Shown one piece after another: positions 60,695 to 64,000 of a DNA stretch of 64,000 nt. The notes under the pieces were generated by a model, which was given only the letters and a program-made list of their open reading frames with translations, did no database searches and was not told the DNA's origin. The translations under genes and the position numbers were made by a program. Origin of the DNA: an uncultured Verrucomicrobiae bacterium (lineage in GTDB: Bacteria > Verrucomicrobiota > Verrucomicrobiia > Limisphaerales > Palsa-1400); NCBI GenBank assembly GCA_963825315.1, contig CAWGST010000003.1, forward strand, positions 7,743-71,742, read 5' to 3'. Position 1 is the first letter of the stretch, and each line of letters starts with the position of its first letter.

Positions 60695-61467
60695 AGGTTG
60701 GCAAACAGAGGGATTCGATTCATCTCAGGTGGTGGCGCACAGAGGCCATTCGCCAACGGCATAGTCAGCCGACAGGGCTTGCGTTGCCGCGAGCGCATGA
60801 CATCCGTGATGGCGTTGCTAATGGCCGTAGGCTGATAATTGACCGATGTTCCATAAGAGACGGCGCACCGCGCGGGACTTTCCACTGATCCGCCGGCGCC
60901 GTGGAACTTGCGCCCTGTTTCGCAACGTTCGTCCCCTCGGCGTCCCGCCTTTGGTTTTGCATCGGCAACATGGCATCTTGTTTTGGAGAGCGGTGTCGCT
61001 TGCAGCACGAATCTCATTCCGGTGCGGCGGGCGGCCTGGCGCAAACGCGATTGGACCGGAGTCCAACGGTCGCTTTCTTGACGGCTGGTACTGATAAATG
61101 CCAGCAAGCGACGGTCCTCGATTGTCGTGGCGGTCTTCCGCGTTCGGATCCATTCATCCACCAAATCGGGCAAATCCGCATGTTCGTGCGCAACAATGAC
61201 AACCATGTTCGCCTTCGCCACCTCCTTGGCCAACCGTTCGCCAACATGGGGCCTGGAAAGTTCCTCGAATTTCAGAAAGCGTGGATTGAAACGGAGGTTT
61301 TCCCCAAAACTCTCCACGAGCCGCTCGACAACTGTTCTGGCGAAGTTTGCGTTGCTGAAGTCGTCGTAAGCGACGACCAGATTGAATTCTGCCGTTTGCG
61401 GCTTACACGAGGCAGAGTTTTCCACTTTTCCCCACTTTGCCAACGGCCCTTTTCTCTGTTGATTCAT
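60691..61467 (-). CDS. Hypothetical protein; the N-terminal ~130 aa have an alternating beta/alpha (flavodoxin/receiver/TIR-like) pattern and the C-terminal half is low complexity
   Basis: FNLVVAYDD...ARTVVERLVESFG...ANMVVIVAHEHADLPDLVDEWI...RLLAFISTS. ATGA overlap with the downstream response regulator. No family recognised. Confidence 0.5.
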   Translation of the reverse strand: MNQQRKGPLAKWGKVENSASCKPQTAEFNLVVAYDDFSNANFARTVVERLVESFGENLRFNPRFLKFEELSRPHVGERLAKEVAKANMVVIVAHEHADLPDLVDEWIRTRKTATTIEDRRLLAFISTSRQESDRWTPVQSRLRQAARRTGMRFVLQATPLSKTRCHVADAKPKAGRRGDERCETGRKFHGAGGSVESPARCAVSYGTSVNYQPTAISNAITDVMRSRQRKPCRLTMPLANGLCAPPPEMNRIPLFANL

Positions 61468-61500
61468 CGTATCCTTTCAAGATCTGGCGGCCTGCATCGT

Positions 61501-62610
61501 TTAGGCAGCCACCTCTTCTGGTTGCGCCTCGGCCAGCTCGGCCTGGCCTTCTTCCCATTGCGCCAGCTTTTGTATGACGCTGGCAGGGTCTTGCGATTTG
61601 TTGAGGACTTCTTCGCGGGAGATAAGGCCCTGCTGATATTTTTCCATGAGATACCCGTCCAGAGTCACCATGCCGTACTTCGCCCCGGTCTGGATGTCGG
61701 AATTGATCCGAAACGTCTTGTTGTCCCGGATCAGCGCCGCGATGGCCGGGGTGTTCATCATGATTTCATAGACGGCAATGCGGCCCGGCTTGTCGATGCG
61801 GGCCAACAGCAACTGGGAAATGACCGCCTGCAACACGGTGGAAAGCTGGATGCGGATGGTTTCCTGCTGGTTGATGGGGAAGGCGTTGACCAGACGGTCA
61901 ATGGTCTTGGCCGCGCCGGTGGTGTGCAGGGTGCCAAAGACCAAGTGGCCCGTTTCCGCCGCAGTAATGGCCGCTTCCATCGTTTCCAAATCCCGCAACT
62001 CGCCGACCAGAATCACGTCCGGGTCCTGCCGCAACGCCCGGCGCAGCGCCTCGGCGAAACTGGGGACATCGATGTGGATTTCGCGCTGGGTGACGATGGC
62101 CTTTTTGTGGGTGTGATAGTATTCGATGGGGTCCTCGACGGTAATGATATGCGCATCATCGCGCTCCTCGTTGATAATGTTAATCATCGACGCCAGAGTA
62201 GTGGTCTTGCCCGAGCCGGTCGGCCCGGTGACCAGCACCAGGCCGCGCGGCTTGTGCAAGAGCGTCATAATGGTGTGCCGCGGCAAGCCAATTTGTTCCA
62301 AGGTCAGCAACTTGGTGGGGATTTGCCGCAGGACCAGACCGAAGTTGCCTTTTTCTTTGAAAACGCTGACACGGAACCGGGCCACTTCGCCGAAGGCAAA
62401 GCCGAAGTCCGCGCCGCCTTGCTCGCGAACCTGCTGGATGCAGTCTTCGGAGGTGATGCTGCGCATCAGTTCTTCGCTGTCTTGCGGCTGCAAGGGCGCC
62501 CCATCGACGCGCTGGAGAACGCCGTGGACACGGATGACGGGCGGCACACCAACACGAATATGCAAGTCGGAGGCTCCCTCGGAAACCACCAACTGCAACA
62601 AGTCTGACAT
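61501..62610 (-). CDS. pilT: Type IV pilus retraction ATPase PilT (second paralogue)
   Basis: [21 protein letters not shown]...[17 protein letters not shown]...ITVEDPIEY...[14 protein letters not shown]...[10 protein letters not shown]. An alternative ATG lies at 62622. Confidence 0.9.
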   Translation of the reverse strand: MSDLLQLVVSEGASDLHIRVGVPPVIRVHGVLQRVDGAPLQPQDSEELMRSITSEDCIQQVREQGGADFGFAFGEVARFRVSVFKEKGNFGLVLRQIPTKLLTLEQIGLPRHTIMTLLHKPRGLVLVTGPTGSGKTTTLASMINIINEERDDAHIITVEDPIEYYHTHKKAIVTQREIHIDVPSFAEALRRALRQDPDVILVGELRDLETMEAAITAAETGHLVFGTLHTTGAAKTIDRLVNAFPINQQETIRIQLSTVLQAVISQLLLARIDKPGRIAVYEIMMNTPAIAALIRDNKTFRINSDIQTGAKYGMVTLDGYLMEKYQQGLISREEVLNKSQDPASVIQKLAQWEEGQAELAEAQPEEVAA

Positions 62611-62767
62611 TGAATACGTCATACAATCTTTGACCGCGCGAACATTAACGGCTGATGAATTTAAGATTAAAATTTCAGAGACGGTTTGCCAAAGTCGATC
62701 ACGAGCGTACGTTGCTTTGGGTCGGGAAGATAAAATCGACCCGCCCCAGATCGGAGGGGTTGAGAAA

Positions 62768-63133
62768 ATGAAAAGACGTTCTTCAATAATTCGGATGGCA
62801 TTAGACCGCACATGGAGGCCGGGAATAGGACTGATGCTTCTGGGGATTCTGACAGGTTGCGGAGGTTACGGCTACTATGGCTACTATGGGCCTGATTATG
62901 ACGATTACTATTATGGCCCGGACTTTTATGGGGATATCTGGGGGGGTGGTGTTTATGGGTTCGGGCATTATCATCACGGCAGGTTCGATCATGATTTTGG
63001 CCATCGGGGGTTCACGAGCCGAAGCGCTGGAAGTGGATTTCATGGGGGAGGCGGATTTCACGGAGGGGGTGGATTTGGTCACGGCGGCGGTGGCGGCGGC
63101 CACGGAGGGGGCGGCGGAGGCCATGGCAGATAA
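62768..63133 (+). CDS. Gly/Tyr/His-rich putative lipoprotein
   Basis: Signal with lipobox LLGILTGC, then [24 protein letters not shown]...[32 protein letters not shown]. Confidence 0.6.
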   Translation: MKRRSSIIRMALDRTWRPGIGLMLLGILTGCGGYGYYGYYGPDYDDYYYGPDFYGDIWGGGVYGFGHYHHGRFDHDFGHRGFTSRSAGSGFHGGGGFHGGGGFGHGGGGGGHGGGGGGHGR

Positions 63134-63154
63134 CATTCAAACCACTGAAATCTT

Positions 63155-64000
63155 ATGAACTTGAAGACTTTTAGGTTTCCCTCCATCACGGCTTTGGCAT
63201 TGGGGCTTTTATATGTGACATGGCTTGGGCAGGTTCGGGGTCAAGACCAGCCAGCCGCGTCACAACGCACTTTCACCTCGCCGGCGGAGGCGGCAATCGA
63301 GCTGGTCAAAGCGGCCAAAGCGCATGACCGGCAGGCGATTCGTGAGATCTTCGGCCCCGACGCCACCAATCTTTTGACCGGTGATGCGACCCTGGATGAA
63401 AAGCATTTTGAAGCGTTCGCCACTCATCTGGCCGAACGTTGCGAGGCCGTGGCGGACGGGAGTGACAGGGTGACTCTGGAGCTCGGACAGGAGCAGTGGC
63501 CGTTTCCCATTCCGCTAATCAAAACCAATGGGACGTGGTTCTTTGACACCATTGCCGGGGAGGAGGAAATTATTAATCGGCATGTTGGCCGGGACGAATT
63601 TTACGCGATTGGGGTTTGCCGCGCTTACGTGAAGGCGCAGCGAGATTACGCCAGCCGATTTGCGAGCAGCACTGGAGCGCCAAAATACGCGCAGAGGTTC
63701 AGGAGCACGCCTGGAAAGTGGGACGGCTTGTATTGGCCGGCCGAGACAAACAGCACGCCCAGCCCTTTGTCGTCCTTCGTGGCTGAAGCCTGTTTGGAAG
63801 GGTACGACTGGAGCCGCAGCAGCGGTCCACGTCCGTTTCACGGATATTTCTTCAAGATTCTGACGCGGCAAGGCCCTGCCGCTGCGGGCGGCAAAATGAA
63901 TTACGTCCGGAGCGGCGAAATGAACGGCGGCTTTGCGTTGGTTGCATATCCCGTCCGCTGGGGAGAGTCAGGAATCATGACGTTCATCGTGAACCAGGAG
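63155..64000 (+). CDS. DUF2950-family secreted protein, 3' end outside the window
   Basis: This ORF is open to the window end, so it is absent from the ORF track. Translated by hand: MNLKTFRFPSITALALG...WPFPIPLIKTNGTWFFDT..GEEEIINRHVGRDE...KYAQRFRSTPGKWDGLYWP...FHGYFFKILTRQG...GGFALVAYPVRWGESGIMTFIVNQ. Confidence 0.75.
   Translation, partial: MNLKTFRFPSITALALGLLYVTWLGQVRGQDQPAASQRTFTSPAEAAIELVKAAKAHDRQAIREIFGPDATNLLTGDATLDEKHFEAFATHLAERCEAVADGSDRVTLELGQEQWPFPIPLIKTNGTWFFDTIAGEEEIINRHVGRDEFYAIGVCRAYVKAQRDYASRFASSTGAPKYAQRFRSTPGKWDGLYWPAETNSTPSPLSSFVAEACLEGYDWSRSSGPRPFHGYFFKILTRQGPAAAGGKMNYVRSGEMNGGFALVAYPVRWGESGIMTFIVNQE

Overview
A roughly 60% GC bacterial chromosome segment. The gene content suggests a Planctomycetota/Verrucomicrobiota (PVC) organism, which is an inference: several prepilin-type '[11 protein letters not shown]' N-termini joined to DUF1559-like C-termini, giant secreted beta-propeller, LamG and BspA-LRR proteins, and DUF2950/DUF6600-like proteins. 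Core genes: msrPQ, metY-metX-metW, an HscA-like Hsp70, coaD-yceD-rpmF-plsX-fabH, PilZ-like/pilT, a FadL-family porin, a hybrid receiver-kinase, yicC-gmk, pckG, amt, a xerC-like recombinase, tRNA-Met(CAT), an M23 peptidase, a rhodanese/CoA-disulfide-reductase pair, a P-type ATPase, and a second pilT operon. Accessory content: two unrelated IS630-family elements, one IS5/IS1182-type element and a 143-bp MITE, each inside a surface-protein gene with target duplications that allow exact in-frame reconstruction. There is also an NgoMIV-like restriction-modification + vsr island, phd-vapC bracketed by about 125-bp direct repeats, and a low-GC remnant island with a DUF3631 P-loop protein and an orphan 339-aa protein. 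Observations most worth follow-up: (1) a roughly 1-kb ORF-free, hairpin-rich region ending in an intrinsic terminator next to tRNA-Met, a candidate large structured RNA; (2) two copies of one element terminus in inverted orientation, 18.4 kb apart; (3) 94-bp direct repeats of a gene 3' end bracketing the P-type ATPase; (4) dispersed hexamer (CYTAAT)n arrays; (5) six frameshifts that each look like one extra nucleotide in conserved genes, most simply explained as homopolymer sequencing errors; (6) a C10 tract that breaks a pilin-like gene. All family assignments rest on my reading of the translations. No database search was run.
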